IMG/VR virus record: IMGVR_UViG_3300036985_006490
Span: 1-64,000 of that record
Origin: a virus
Strand: one strand, 5' to 3'
DNA: 64,000 bases
Shown: positions 46,734 to 55,995 of the stretch, piece after piece
Layout: each line of letters starts with the position of its first letter
How positions within the stretch are numbered: the stretch's first letter is position 1
The notes under the pieces: generated by a model
Told to the model about the DNA's origin: nothing
Database searches by the model: none
Seen by the model: only the letters and a program-made list of their open reading frames with translations
Position numbers and translations under genes: made by a program

Positions 46734-47720
46734 TTATTTTATTAATAAATCAATCAAAATATCCATCATCATATCTCTATTTTTATTTTTGAATTCGAAA
46801 AAATGTTCTTTATGTTTATGAAAAAGTTCACGAATCTCTGTAGAAATATAATAATCATTTTTCAATATAGAAATCGCATTATCTTTATTATATTTTATTT
46901 TTTCTTTAACTAAATCATACAGTTCTTCAGGTTTCCGAGTTTTTAACTTATTAAGATTTTTAATTATACCGTCAATTCTATTTTCTATTAATAGATCAGA
47001 ATCAAACTCATAATCGAATATTTCATCATATAGTTCAAAACCATATTTTTTTAAATAAAGATTTTGATTTGGAAATCCATAACATAAAAATGCCTGTTCA
47101 CCTAAAATTGGTTTAAATGTTTTCTCACTAAAAAATAATCTTTCTGAATTAGATTCGGAAACCAAGTTTAAAAAACATTTAGAGTCAAAATAAAAGTCTT
47201 CATCATATCCATTTATTTCCATTCTGGTTTCTTTCCAATGCTCGAAAATATGATTATTTAAAATTGTATCAACTTGTCTCCAAGATATTTTTCCATAGGG
47301 AAATAAATCATTTTTAAAAAGTGAGTCGATTAATTTCGATCTATGTGTGTGTGATCTTCTGTTTAAACATATAAATAAGTTCTCGAATTCATCATTAGAG
47401 TTTATATTTTTTATGCATCTGTCAGTATAATGTAACAATGATGTTGGCCATCCTAAAATTTTGATATTATTACTTCGGTCGTTATCATAAAAATTTTGCT
47501 CAAATGGTGAACCAAATAACGCAAAAAAAGTTACGTTTTTTTCATTTATTAACGTTATCAGTTTATTGAAACTCTCACCACTATCATTGAAACGTCCGTC
47601 GCCAGGAAAATAATGTTCCATTGGTGACCAAAAAAGAAATTCATCAATTAAATCTCTTTCAATGTCACTAATTATTTCATTCAATACTATTTTACTCGGC
47701 GCATAAATTTTAAAACTCAT
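46734..47720 (-). CDS. Glycosyltransferase-like protein
   Basis: CLNRRSHTHR, LVSES, SEKTFKPI, GFELYDEIFDYEFD. Confidence 0.6.
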   Translation of the reverse strand: MSFKIYAPSKIVLNEIISDIERDLIDEFLFWSPMEHYFPGDGRFNDSGESFNKLITLINEKNVTFFALFGSPFEQNFYDNDRSNNIKILGWPTSLLHYTDRCIKNINSNDEFENLFICLNRRSHTHRSKLIDSLFKNDLFPYGKISWRQVDTILNNHIFEHWKETRMEINGYDEDFYFDSKCFLNLVSESNSERLFFSEKTFKPILGEQAFLCYGFPNQNLYLKKYGFELYDEIFDYEFDSDLLIENRIDGIIKNLNKLKTRKPEELYDLVKEKIKYNKDNAISILKNDYYISTEIRELFHKHKEHFFEFKNKNRDMMMDILIDLLIK

Positions 47721-47766
47721 TATTTATATCTTCTTGTAGATTTATTTTAATAAATATCTGCATAAT

Positions 47767-47794
47767 AAAACCCCCCACCTTTTGGGTGAGGGTC
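47767..47794 (-). terminator. Family terminator
   Basis: Hairpin plus T-run. Confidence 0.8.
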
Positions 47795-47798
47795 TTAA

Positions 47799-48137
47799 TT
47801 AAAATACTCTTAGAAAATGTCCCAAGAGACCCGTTACTCCAATCATAATTGGAATGTAGGTTTTTGCTCCACCCATTAATGACAAGTGCATTACGACCGC
47901 AGCACTCATGAATGATGCGATTAGAATTGCTCCGAATAATGATGTGGTTGGAATCAATAGTAATACAACTCCTAATAATTCACCTAATCCTGTGACAACT
48001 CTATACTTCTCTATCTTCATAAATGCGAAGTTTCCCACCATTTCTTGTGTTCCGATAAGTTTATCGATTGCACCTTTTCCTAAAAATAGTGCTGTGATTA
48101 CGGATAGTGTCCATCCGATAATTTGTAGTAGTTCCAT
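47799..48137 (-). CDS. DoxX-family membrane protein
   Basis: Four TMs; KL, GLGELLG.VLLLIP.T..FGA, A...H. Confidence 0.8.
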   Translation of the reverse strand: MELLQIIGWTLSVITALFLGKGAIDKLIGTQEMVGNFAFMKIEKYRVVTGLGELLGVVLLLIPTTSLFGAILIASFMSAAVVMHLSLMGGAKTYIPIMIGVTGLLGHFLRVF

Positions 48138-48142
48138 AATTT

Positions 48143-48397
48143 TTATTTTTTATATTTTTCTTCTAATTTTTTTAATTCTTCTTCATTCAAATCTTGTTCA
48201 TCATCTAATGAATATTCAATGTCATATGAATCAGTATAAACATTTTCATCATCGTGGTGATAGATATCATCACATTCTCCATCAGGACAATTTTCAACTA
48301 ATTCTAATGCATCATCGTAATTTTCAGCCAAAACACTATATGTCCACGCGTGAACAAATGTTCTTTCCGCAATAATTGTAAACTTTTTCTTTCCCAT
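48143..48397 (-). CDS. Hypothetical acidic protein
   Basis: 84-aa ORF; TATATTTG upstream. Confidence 0.65.
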   Translation of the reverse strand: MGKKKFTIIAERTFVHAWTYSVLAENYDDALELVENCPDGECDDIYHHDDENVYTDSYDIEYSLDDEQDLNEEELKKLEEKYKK

Positions 48398-48482
48398 ATT
48401 ATTATTTTTATTTTAGATGTAATCCAAATATAAGAAAAAATATTAAATAAAAAAACCCCACCGTTATAATAAGGTTAATTAT

Positions 48483-49361
48483 TTACCAAGCTTTGCATGA
48501 CCAATATCTCGGACGGTCTTTAGGACCTGGATTTTCACAATGGTGTCTAGCCCTAAATGATTTACGACGTGACGGAATATTTTTTTTAATTCTCATATTT
48601 GGGTCACCAAAATTAACTTTTACAATGTTTCCTTTATCGTTTTTAACATATACTGAACGTTTTTTAGGGCCTTTTGGGGTTAAAAATGGTTTATTAAGAG
48701 TAACTTTTCTTCCTTGATATTCCGCTTCAGTTAATAAGTCTCCAACAACAAAGTTTGTCTCTTCGACTGACCCATATTCATCTTCATACAAAGTTTCATT
48801 TTTGGGTTCGATACCATTTTTCTTCATGTTGATAGTAATGGCATCCTGTTGTGCCGGATTTATCGCTTCATCTGTCTCTCCCACCGATTCTTTTTTAACA
48901 CAGTTTGGATATCTTTTTCCAAACATAGTTTTCATACCTTTTTGTGTGTAACCCTTCCAACATCTTTCTGTGATTTCACCCTCTTTCATCTCCTCAGTTT
49001 TCTTTTTTGATTTTTCTTTTTGAGTTTCGATATACTCAAAAGCCGTTTTCAATCTTTCTTTAACTTCAGGGTCTTTTGCTCTTTCTAAAGCTACCCTCAA
49101 TCTTTGATGAATTAAGTTAATAATTTGTGATTGTCTTTGATGTGATTTTGATTTAAAACTATCCTTATTTAACGTATCGATAATATCTTGTTTAGTCCTG
49201 AACTTTACAGATACAGTATCTTTAGGATTTTCATCAGTATATAATCTCCTTTCTGAATCTTTTGGTTTTTTTCCAGTACCAACTTTTGGGTCAGACTCAT
49301 TAATCACTTTTTTAACTATTGTTAAAAGTTCTAATTCAGTTAATTTAATTATTTTTTTCAT
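48483..49361 (-). CDS. Leader plus concatenated small basic modules (C-terminal DUF6321-like)
   Basis: MKKIIKLTELEL..VKKVINE; CWKGY...PNCVK; AEYQGRKV.LNKP...FGDP...SFRARH.C...RYWSC. Confidence 0.78.
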   Translation of the reverse strand: MKKIIKLTELELLTIVKKVINESDPKVGTGKKPKDSERRLYTDENPKDTVSVKFRTKQDIIDTLNKDSFKSKSHQRQSQIINLIHQRLRVALERAKDPEVKERLKTAFEYIETQKEKSKKKTEEMKEGEITERCWKGYTQKGMKTMFGKRYPNCVKKESVGETDEAINPAQQDAITINMKKNGIEPKNETLYEDEYGSVEETNFVVGDLLTEAEYQGRKVTLNKPFLTPKGPKKRSVYVKNDKGNIVKVNFGDPNMRIKKNIPSRRKSFRARHHCENPGPKDRPRYWSCKAW

Positions 49362-49365
49362 AATA

Positions 49366-49824
49366 TTATCTGTTATATGGCCTAAATCTCATGGGAGTGG
49401 ACTTTATTGCAGATTTAGGGAATCTTAATCCAACACCCTGTTGTCTTGCGTTTTTTAATGTTCTTGAGTATTCTGATAATTCTTCATCAGAGGAATCTAC
49501 GTTTTTACAACCTCTAACGTACTTTCTTTTCAGATTTGGCTGTATATCAAAATGACTATCCAACAACATATAAATGTCATTCATAATATCCTCTTGCACT
49601 GAAGAACCTCCAAAAGCATTCGCCATTACTTGAAACGGATCGATATCGAAAGTCACAGTAACTAAATAACTTTTGTATTCACCAGCCTCTATTACATCGA
49701 TATCAACATCACAGATTTCTTTTTCGTACTGACGAACAATAATTCCGTTAATCAGTTTTCTAATCAATGGAGTTAAATCTTTTCGAGTTTCTTCGTGTAA
49801 TATTTTTCTAATAAGGTCTCTCAT
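49366..49824 (-). CDS. IRKILxEE-leader protein
   Basis: MRDLIRKILHEE from ATG at 49824. Confidence 0.7.
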   Translation of the reverse strand: MRDLIRKILHEETRKDLTPLIRKLINGIIVRQYEKEICDVDIDVIEAGEYKSYLVTVTFDIDPFQVMANAFGGSSVQEDIMNDIYMLLDSHFDIQPNLKRKYVRGCKNVDSSDEELSEYSRTLKNARQQGVGLRFPKSAIKSTPMRFRPYNR

Positions 49825-49861
49825 TGTATATAAATACCACAAGAATGAATTACTTCCGATA

Positions 49862-50671
49862 TTAGAACAATTTTGAGTAAACTTCAAGTTTTTTTGGATA
49901 AGGTGTATTTGTTAAGTACGAATAAAAAATTTCCGCCTGTACTTTGTGACCTGTTCCTCCTAAGTGCATATTATCATCAGCCGTACCATCGGAATCATCC
50001 ACAACAGTTTTTGCTCCATATTCTTTGAATATATTAAATGGAATACAACAAAAATTATAATTATACTTCGTTGAATCATATTTTTCAATCAAGTCGTGTA
50101 TTATATACTTTTCTTGATTTAAGTTGAATTCTAATTTAGAAAAGTTTTTAAATAAAAAATCATCGGTGAACCAATAATATACTTTAAACCCGACTGAACT
50201 TGCTAAAGAATCAATGAGTTGTTGGTATCTTAATACCTCATATGTCCATGAAAAATGTGTTCTATTAACAGCAATTATATCATATGCACTTTTATATATC
50301 TTATGAGGGTCATAGTGTTCTCCATGATAAGGGCTAGTACTTGTTAGATGGTTTTGGTTATCATCCTCAACATCAGACATTACCCAAAGACACCTTTGTA
50401 TGTAAGTCCAATTTATTATAACAATATCATCCTTTTTTAATTTTGAAGACTGCTCACAAAACCTTAAAAGAGTTTCATGATTTGACGAGCCACCTTTAGC
50501 ATAGTTAAAAGATTCTACCCCTAATTTTTCACCAAGTATTTCTGACCATATGGGTGGCATATCCATAGGGTCATCAACTCCCAATGATTTTCTGTATGCT
50601 ACATATGGAGGAAATAATATATCCTTTTTGTATCCTTCCGTATAACTATCTCCGAAACAATATAGTGCCAT
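49862..50671 (-). CDS. SGNH hydrolase-like protein
   Basis: FGDSYTEG, NYAKGGSSN, NMHLGGTGH. Confidence 0.75.
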   Translation of the reverse strand: MALYCFGDSYTEGYKKDILFPPYVAYRKSLGVDDPMDMPPIWSEILGEKLGVESFNYAKGGSSNHETLLRFCEQSSKLKKDDIVIINWTYIQRCLWVMSDVEDDNQNHLTSTSPYHGEHYDPHKIYKSAYDIIAVNRTHFSWTYEVLRYQQLIDSLASSVGFKVYYWFTDDFLFKNFSKLEFNLNQEKYIIHDLIEKYDSTKYNYNFCCIPFNIFKEYGAKTVVDDSDGTADDNMHLGGTGHKVQAEIFYSYLTNTPYPKKLEVYSKLF

Positions 50672-50698
50672 AAAATATTTTCTTAATAACTTAACTTA

Positions 50699-51043
50699 TC
50701 AAAATAACTTTGACAAAAATTTGAGTTTGATGTTGTCCATCTTTGTAGCACCATCACGGGTCCATAACGCTTTATCAATTAAACTTTCGTATTTCTTGTA
50801 AAGGTAATTTCTTAAAAATAAAAAATCCCAATGGTCAACAACAAACCTCTTTACATTAGTCTTATTTGGTAACCTGAAAGAAAAAGATAATAATGACCTC
50901 TTTTTAAGTTTATTGAGGATTGTGAAAACTCTGAAGTTAAATGACGAAGAGTCTCCATAATACCCAACAGTAAATAAATTAACTTTAAACCTAACTCTAT
51001 GTAGTTTCCACGAAACTTTCTCTAAAAACGCATTTATATTCAT
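50699..51043 (-). CDS. Hypothetical protein
   Basis: 114-aa ORF. Confidence 0.6.
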   Translation of the reverse strand: MNINAFLEKVSWKLHRVRFKVNLFTVGYYGDSSSFNFRVFTILNKLKKRSLLSFSFRLPNKTNVKRFVVDHWDFLFLRNYLYKKYESLIDKALWTRDGATKMDNIKLKFLSKLF

Positions 51044-51124
51044 AATAAAAAAATAAGAAAAATTATCTCATTATAAAGAAATTGAAATCATTTTTTCAAT
51101 CTTTTTTTTGTTATATTTTTTAAT

Positions 51125-51388
51125 ATGACAACCATCGAAAAACATATTGTGAAATACATTGATGATAAATTCGGTTTCCCTTACCTTCATTATAGCCGAG
51201 AAGAACAGACATGGGTAAATGAGTTTTTCTTATTTGATATCAAAACAAAGACAATGTATATTTCAGATTTGGTTAAGTTTGATTTGAATAAAAAATTTGG
51301 TAAAGGATATATTGATAATATACTTTTGACCGTAATTAATTATTGGTTTAAAAAAACATATAAACTTGAAGTAAACGAAGTTGAATAG
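51125..51388 (+). CDS. WF-domain family protein without leader
   Basis: IVKYID...MYIS......KFG....INYWFKKTY. Confidence 0.7.
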   Translation: MTTIEKHIVKYIDDKFGFPYLHYSREEQTWVNEFFLFDIKTKTMYISDLVKFDLNKKFGKGYIDNILLTVINYWFKKTYKLEVNEVE

Positions 51389-51434
51389 ATTTTACAAACT
51401 AACTAATTTTTCGTATTTTTGAAAAAAACAATTT

Positions 51435-52148
51435 ATGTCATATTTGAACACACCCTTACCAATAGTCGAAGCATACATCCGAGGAAATTTTTTGAGAAAT
51501 CAAGAAGATTCCTTCGATAAAAAATTTCCCTGTTATATTTTTGGAATGTCATCAATACCTGCACAAGCTCCACTTTTTCATTTTATGATGGAAGATGGTG
51601 GAATATGGTGGAGAATGCCAATACACGCATTTTGTTGGAAAGAGGATGCTCCTCAACAAGAATTAGATGAACTTGTCTTATGGGACTCTTTTACTTATCA
51701 CGTAGGTGTCACAGCATTTCCAATCCTTAAAAACAAAACCTGTAAATTTACCTCAAGAAGAAGGGTTCAATATTCAGGTCGTTATTTATTTACATTAGAT
51801 TGGGGGAGTTCAACTGATATGTCAGATACTGATTTTGGATTGAGTGAATTCCCATCCCAACACAAATGTGGGCATTTTATACAAATGGATAATGGTAACT
51901 TCGCAATACAACCTAATAATCGTTTGATAATGCATGACCCATCTTTCACAGTGAAACAAGATATTGTTATACACAGAAAATATAACACAACTCTTTGGAC
52001 TGCAGAAAGAAATGGAAGGTGGGTAACCCCTGATACAGATGTATTCAATTACGACCATACAGACTTAGAATCGGGTGAGTCCAACAAAGATAGGTCTGAA
52101 GAATACGACAGGTTAGACTTAAAATATACCAATGAAAATAATCTTTGA
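51435..52148 (+). CDS. Conserved hypothetical phage protein
   Basis: YLNTPLP, RMPIHAF, LWDSF, YLFTLDW, HKCGH, GNFAIQPNNR. Confidence 0.8.
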   Translation: MSYLNTPLPIVEAYIRGNFLRNQEDSFDKKFPCYIFGMSSIPAQAPLFHFMMEDGGIWWRMPIHAFCWKEDAPQQELDELVLWDSFTYHVGVTAFPILKNKTCKFTSRRRVQYSGRYLFTLDWGSSTDMSDTDFGLSEFPSQHKCGHFIQMDNGNFAIQPNNRLIMHDPSFTVKQDIVIHRKYNTTLWTAERNGRWVTPDTDVFNYDHTDLESGESNKDRSEEYDRLDLKYTNENNL

Positions 52149-52752
52149 TCATTTACACGGACATGTAAAAAATGATAGAGTTTTTTGTGAAGCGTTTGCA
52201 TTACCTGAAGGAGAAACAGAGGATGAACTTTTGGAATTAGGGTTTCTTCCGAACATTCAACCTCCAGTTTATTGGTACCAAGCAAAGAGTTGTAGAATCA
52301 ATAATGATAAAATCAAATTATCCTACAAACGAAGAAAATTATTATCGGAACTCGAAGTTAGAGTATTCCCTTATGAAAAAAATAGTGAGGAGGTAAACTT
52401 ATTTTTTCAGAGGTATTTCCAAAGAAAAAAATTCAATTTATTAGATTATTATGATAATAATTCAAATTTTGGGGATTTGAAAATTATTGAACTTAGACAC
52501 AACGGTGAAATAGTTGCCTTAACACGTTTCAGGGAGTTCAAAAAAGTTCTTTTAGGATTAGAAACTGCTTTCCTCGAAAATATACCTAAATTTTCTTTGG
52601 GTAAAGATGCTATCTTAGTATTAAGTAATTACGGAAAAATCCAAAGTAAAAATTTATTATACATTTATGAATCTTATGAAAATTATTTCCCATATAAATT
52701 AGAAATCACAGGTTGCGAATATTGGGAAGGTGAAAAATGGATTACACCATAG
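52132..52752 (+). CDS. Aminoacyl-tRNA--protein transferase-like (ATE/Bpt-like GNAT) protein
   Basis: LLELGFLP, WYQAKSCRI, SLGK, LYIYESY...YK pattern. Confidence 0.5.
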   Translation: MKIIFDHLHGHVKNDRVFCEAFALPEGETEDELLELGFLPNIQPPVYWYQAKSCRINNDKIKLSYKRRKLLSELEVRVFPYEKNSEEVNLFFQRYFQRKKFNLLDYYDNNSNFGDLKIIELRHNGEIVALTRFREFKKVLLGLETAFLENIPKFSLGKDAILVLSNYGKIQSKNLLYIYESYENYFPYKLEITGCEYWEGEKWITP

Positions 52753-52764
52753 TATTTATCGTAT

Positions 52765-53472
52765 ATGGAAGGAAATCACAAAAAATTAGTAGATACAATT
52801 TTATCCCTAAAAAAATTCAATAAAGTATTATTTTTGACTTGCTCCAATAGATACAAAAATATTCTAAAAACCCAATCTCCTAAGTCTACCATTTTAGCAG
52901 AAGTAATGTTAAAAAAATTGGATAATGTGACAATTATTAACGTTCCTGATTTAGTAATTCATCCCTGTGAAGGAAACGTATCAAGAGAAGATGGAAATAA
53001 ATGTGGAATAAAACAAGCATTACTTAAAGACAAAGAAAAAAATCCTTCAGGTTATCACAGATGTTGGGCTTCTCTACATAACCCTGACGATGAATTATGG
53101 AAAATTTCTAAAGAATTATTCGAGTCAGATTGTGTTATATTTTTTTCCTCCGTAAGATGGGGATCGGCCAATATGTTTTATCAAAAATTAATTGAACGGT
53201 TGAATTGGATTAACAATAGATACATTCCTTATGGAGAGTCTAACATTATAAAAGACGTTACTTCAGGTTTCATCTGTGTTGGTCAACATAAGTATGCCGA
53301 GGAAATTTGTGAACGTCAATACGATAATCACGAGTATTATGGATTTAAACCTGATAAAAATCTATATTGGTATTGGAATGCTGAGGATATTGATTATGAT
53401 GATGAAACACTTGAAGGATATTTAGAAAGTTATCCTGAGTTTTACGAAGAATTTAAAATAGTAAAAAGTTAA
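52765..53472 (+). CDS. Flavodoxin-like / NADPH-dependent FMN reductase family protein
   Basis: LTCSNR..KS, IHPCEGNVS...C...RC..S, SDCVIFFSSVRWG. Confidence 0.8.
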   Translation: MEGNHKKLVDTILSLKKFNKVLFLTCSNRYKNILKTQSPKSTILAEVMLKKLDNVTIINVPDLVIHPCEGNVSREDGNKCGIKQALLKDKEKNPSGYHRCWASLHNPDDELWKISKELFESDCVIFFSSVRWGSANMFYQKLIERLNWINNRYIPYGESNIIKDVTSGFICVGQHKYAEEICERQYDNHEYYGFKPDKNLYWYWNAEDIDYDDETLEGYLESYPEFYEEFKIVKS

Positions 53473-54266
53473 ATTTCACCAATCAAAACTATTGGAGTAA
53501 TCCCTAAAGCCGCTGCGGTTGAAAGTCTTGTGTTTCCGGCAACTAAATGATATCTGTCACCAAACTTCAATATTAGTGGTCTGTCATATTCACCACTAAT
53601 AAGTTTCTTAGCCAATTTGATTGGATTAGATTTACGATATCTTTTTGCCAACTCCTTAACCTTATCCATTTCACCTTTTTTTATTTGATTGGATTCGGTA
53701 TTTTCCAATTTACCCCAAACTTCGGCAGGAAGTAAGGTCTCTTCAGCATTTCTAAATGCTCTGATTACGTCTATTACGGAAATATCAATACCCTCATCTC
53801 TTGATAAGTCTTGAACAACTCTTTGGAACTCGTCCATTTCCTTGTCAAGTTGGATTTCTTCTTTCTTACCTTCGTAAAGTCTATCTTTGAAATCAGGATT
53901 TTGTTTGTCAAACTTCTTAATAAAAATACCTGAGAGGACATTACTCATGTTCTCCTCAGGTCCCCCAATGTCTTGTATTTTTTCTTTTTCGTCAACACCC
54001 ATTTCCTGAGTCTGATACTCATGAACCCATTCATGCGATAAGGTTCTTAAGATATCAACTAACATTCTACCTTTAGCTAAAATGCTAATCTTACTATCTG
54101 GCATTCTCACACCTGTTGTACCAGTTTGGTTTTGGTCATCCACAAATTTTATTTCTACATCTGAAGACAACGGAAGTTGGCTTTGTAAAAATTTGATAAA
54201 TGAAGAGATAACCTCCACTTGTTCCTTGCTAACTCCTGATTTTGATATTTTGATACAAACTTTCAT
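53469..54266 (-). CDS. HExxH metallopeptidase-like domain plus ParB/Srx-like domain
   Basis: DILRTLSHEWVHEYQ...E; internal LYE; RPLIL...YHLVAGNTRL. Confidence 0.7.
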   Translation of the reverse strand: MKVCIKISKSGVSKEQVEVISSFIKFLQSQLPLSSDVEIKFVDDQNQTGTTGVRMPDSKISILAKGRMLVDILRTLSHEWVHEYQTQEMGVDEKEKIQDIGGPEENMSNVLSGIFIKKFDKQNPDFKDRLYEGKKEEIQLDKEMDEFQRVVQDLSRDEGIDISVIDVIRAFRNAEETLLPAEVWGKLENTESNQIKKGEMDKVKELAKRYRKSNPIKLAKKLISGEYDRPLILKFGDRYHLVAGNTRLSTAAALGITPIVLIGEI

Positions 54267-54483
54267 CAGGTATAAATATTATGAAATATTGTAATTTTAT
54301 TGAGAAGTGTCTTTTCGTCTTTTACTTTCAATTTTTTTACACTTATTTGTAACAACTTTAATAAATTCTCCCAGTGGATTGTTAGCCAAAAAAAACCTCA
54401 TTCTTGTGTCCGATTCTAATCTTCTTACGTTCATATTTTGTTATTGTTTACTACTTAAATAAATAGTTGTATTTAACCAAATA

Positions 54484-54735
54484 TTATTTGGTGTGATGTG
54501 ATTTGTCAATTGCTTTAATACACTTTTTCATGGCTTCGAACTGACCCCAAGTCAACATAAATCGAAGTGGACCGTTTACGTCCTCGATATGTATATCATA
54601 CCCATCACCATTTGACCATTCAGTGACTTCCAAAAAATCACCTTTACCTTTTCTATCACCTAATGAATGATGACAAAAATCTTCCAAATCAACAAACGTT
54701 GATTTTCTGTTTTCAACTTTTATTTCTTTTTTCAT
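54484..54735 (-). CDS. Hypothetical phage protein
   Basis: DFLEVTEWSNGDGYDI. Confidence 0.7.
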   Translation of the reverse strand: MKKEIKVENRKSTFVDLEDFCHHSLGDRKGKGDFLEVTEWSNGDGYDIHIEDVNGPLRFMLTWGQFEAMKKCIKAIDKSHHTK

Positions 54736-54746
54736 TTATAGTTTAA

Positions 54747-55370
54747 TTATATTAATGTCTTCCTCACTTTTAATTTACTTGATAAAATATATTTTTTATA
54801 CAACTCATCATCTAAAGTAATACCTATGTATTCAAACATTTCGATTATTTTATTTTTGTTTTTTTGGAGGTAAATGTCTTCATAAAAGAATAAGGGATAT
54901 CCAATTTGTGAATACTCAAATAATTTTTGAGATTCGACTGATAGTTTATTTACTAAATCCTCTATTTCAAGTTTCGTGATATTCGAAAGATTGTAATATT
55001 CTTTTTTGTGCCAACTTTTTAAATTAGATTGTTTATTATGATACAAAAAACTCTCACTTTGTGAAACTTTATCAATTCTATCTAAGAGTATAATTTTGTC
55101 AAAATACCCAAAAAACCAATCCCAATAAGATTTCAAATCACTCTGAAATATTGAAGGAATGTGTACTTCATCAATAAATGTTTTTATAAAAACATTTTTA
55201 TGGTTTGAAAAAAAAATTGTATCTAGTTGTTCAAGTCCCACGTCATGTCTCCAATGATAATTAAATGGTTCCGATTCCATTATGTAATTATCAAAACTAA
55301 GATGGTTGGCAATAAAATCATAAAGAGATTGTGATCCAGTACGCGGACTTCCTAACAATGCTATTCTCAT
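54747..55370 (-). CDS. P-loop sulfotransferase-like protein
   Basis: GSPRTGSQSL, SEPFN, LLDR....QSES, FYEDIY. Confidence 0.7.
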   Translation of the reverse strand: MRIALLGSPRTGSQSLYDFIANHLSFDNYIMESEPFNYHWRHDVGLEQLDTIFFSNHKNVFIKTFIDEVHIPSIFQSDLKSYWDWFFGYFDKIILLDRIDKVSQSESFLYHNKQSNLKSWHKKEYYNLSNITKLEIEDLVNKLSVESQKLFEYSQIGYPLFFYEDIYLQKNKNKIIEMFEYIGITLDDELYKKYILSSKLKVRKTLI

Positions 55371-55386
55371 ACTATTCTGTTTTCAT

Positions 55387-55755
55387 CTACATTTGATTTG
55401 TACCATATGATTTAGGTGAAGGTAATCCACTATACTCACAAAACAATTCTTCTCTTTCTTTCTCCAACTTTTCCTTTACTTCATCAGAAAAATACATACC
55501 ATCCGATTCCATATCAGCAATAGTTCTATCAAGAGTTTTGATTAGTTTAGCCTTATCTTCTTTTGTTTGTTTAGTATCATCAAACATTCGTTCCATCATA
55601 TCATATATCGCGTCTCTACCAAACTTTTTACTATTAGTTGACGACTTATATTCCTCTTTTCCCATCTTAGAGAATTCTCTAAAGCAACCTACAATAAAGA
55701 TTAAAAATCCAATTGCAACAAATGCAGATAAGATTATTACATCAAGATTTTCCAT
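55387..55755 (-). CDS. N-terminal TM hypothetical protein
   Basis: TM segment; C-terminal CEYSGLPSP..Y. Confidence 0.7.
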   Translation of the reverse strand: MENLDVIILSAFVAIGFLIFIVGCFREFSKMGKEEYKSSTNSKKFGRDAIYDMMERMFDDTKQTKEDKAKLIKTLDRTIADMESDGMYFSDEVKEKLEKEREELFCEYSGLPSPKSYGTNQM

Positions 55756-55927
55756 TTCTACCCTTAAGATTAAAGATTATCACAAAAAGCAAGATTGTAG
55801 GACACCACAATCCAATAAAGATTGCCTTAAAAGGGTCGTCCAAAACTACGAAATAATATTCCGATACAGCAATCAGACTCAATACAATTACAAGGAGAGC
55901 TAACTCCGATTTTTTAAATTTATTCAT
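55742..55927 (-). CDS. Small two-TM protein
   Basis: AIFIGLWCPT; TACCTTTG upstream. Confidence 0.7.
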   Translation of the reverse strand: MNKFKKSELALLVIVLSLIAVSEYYFVVLDDPFKAIFIGLWCPTILLFVIIFNLKGRNGKS

Positions 55928-55995
55928 ATTCCTTTTTTTTAGTTGATTACAAAGGTAAATGAAATAAATAAGTTAAAAAAGTTTTGATATAAATT

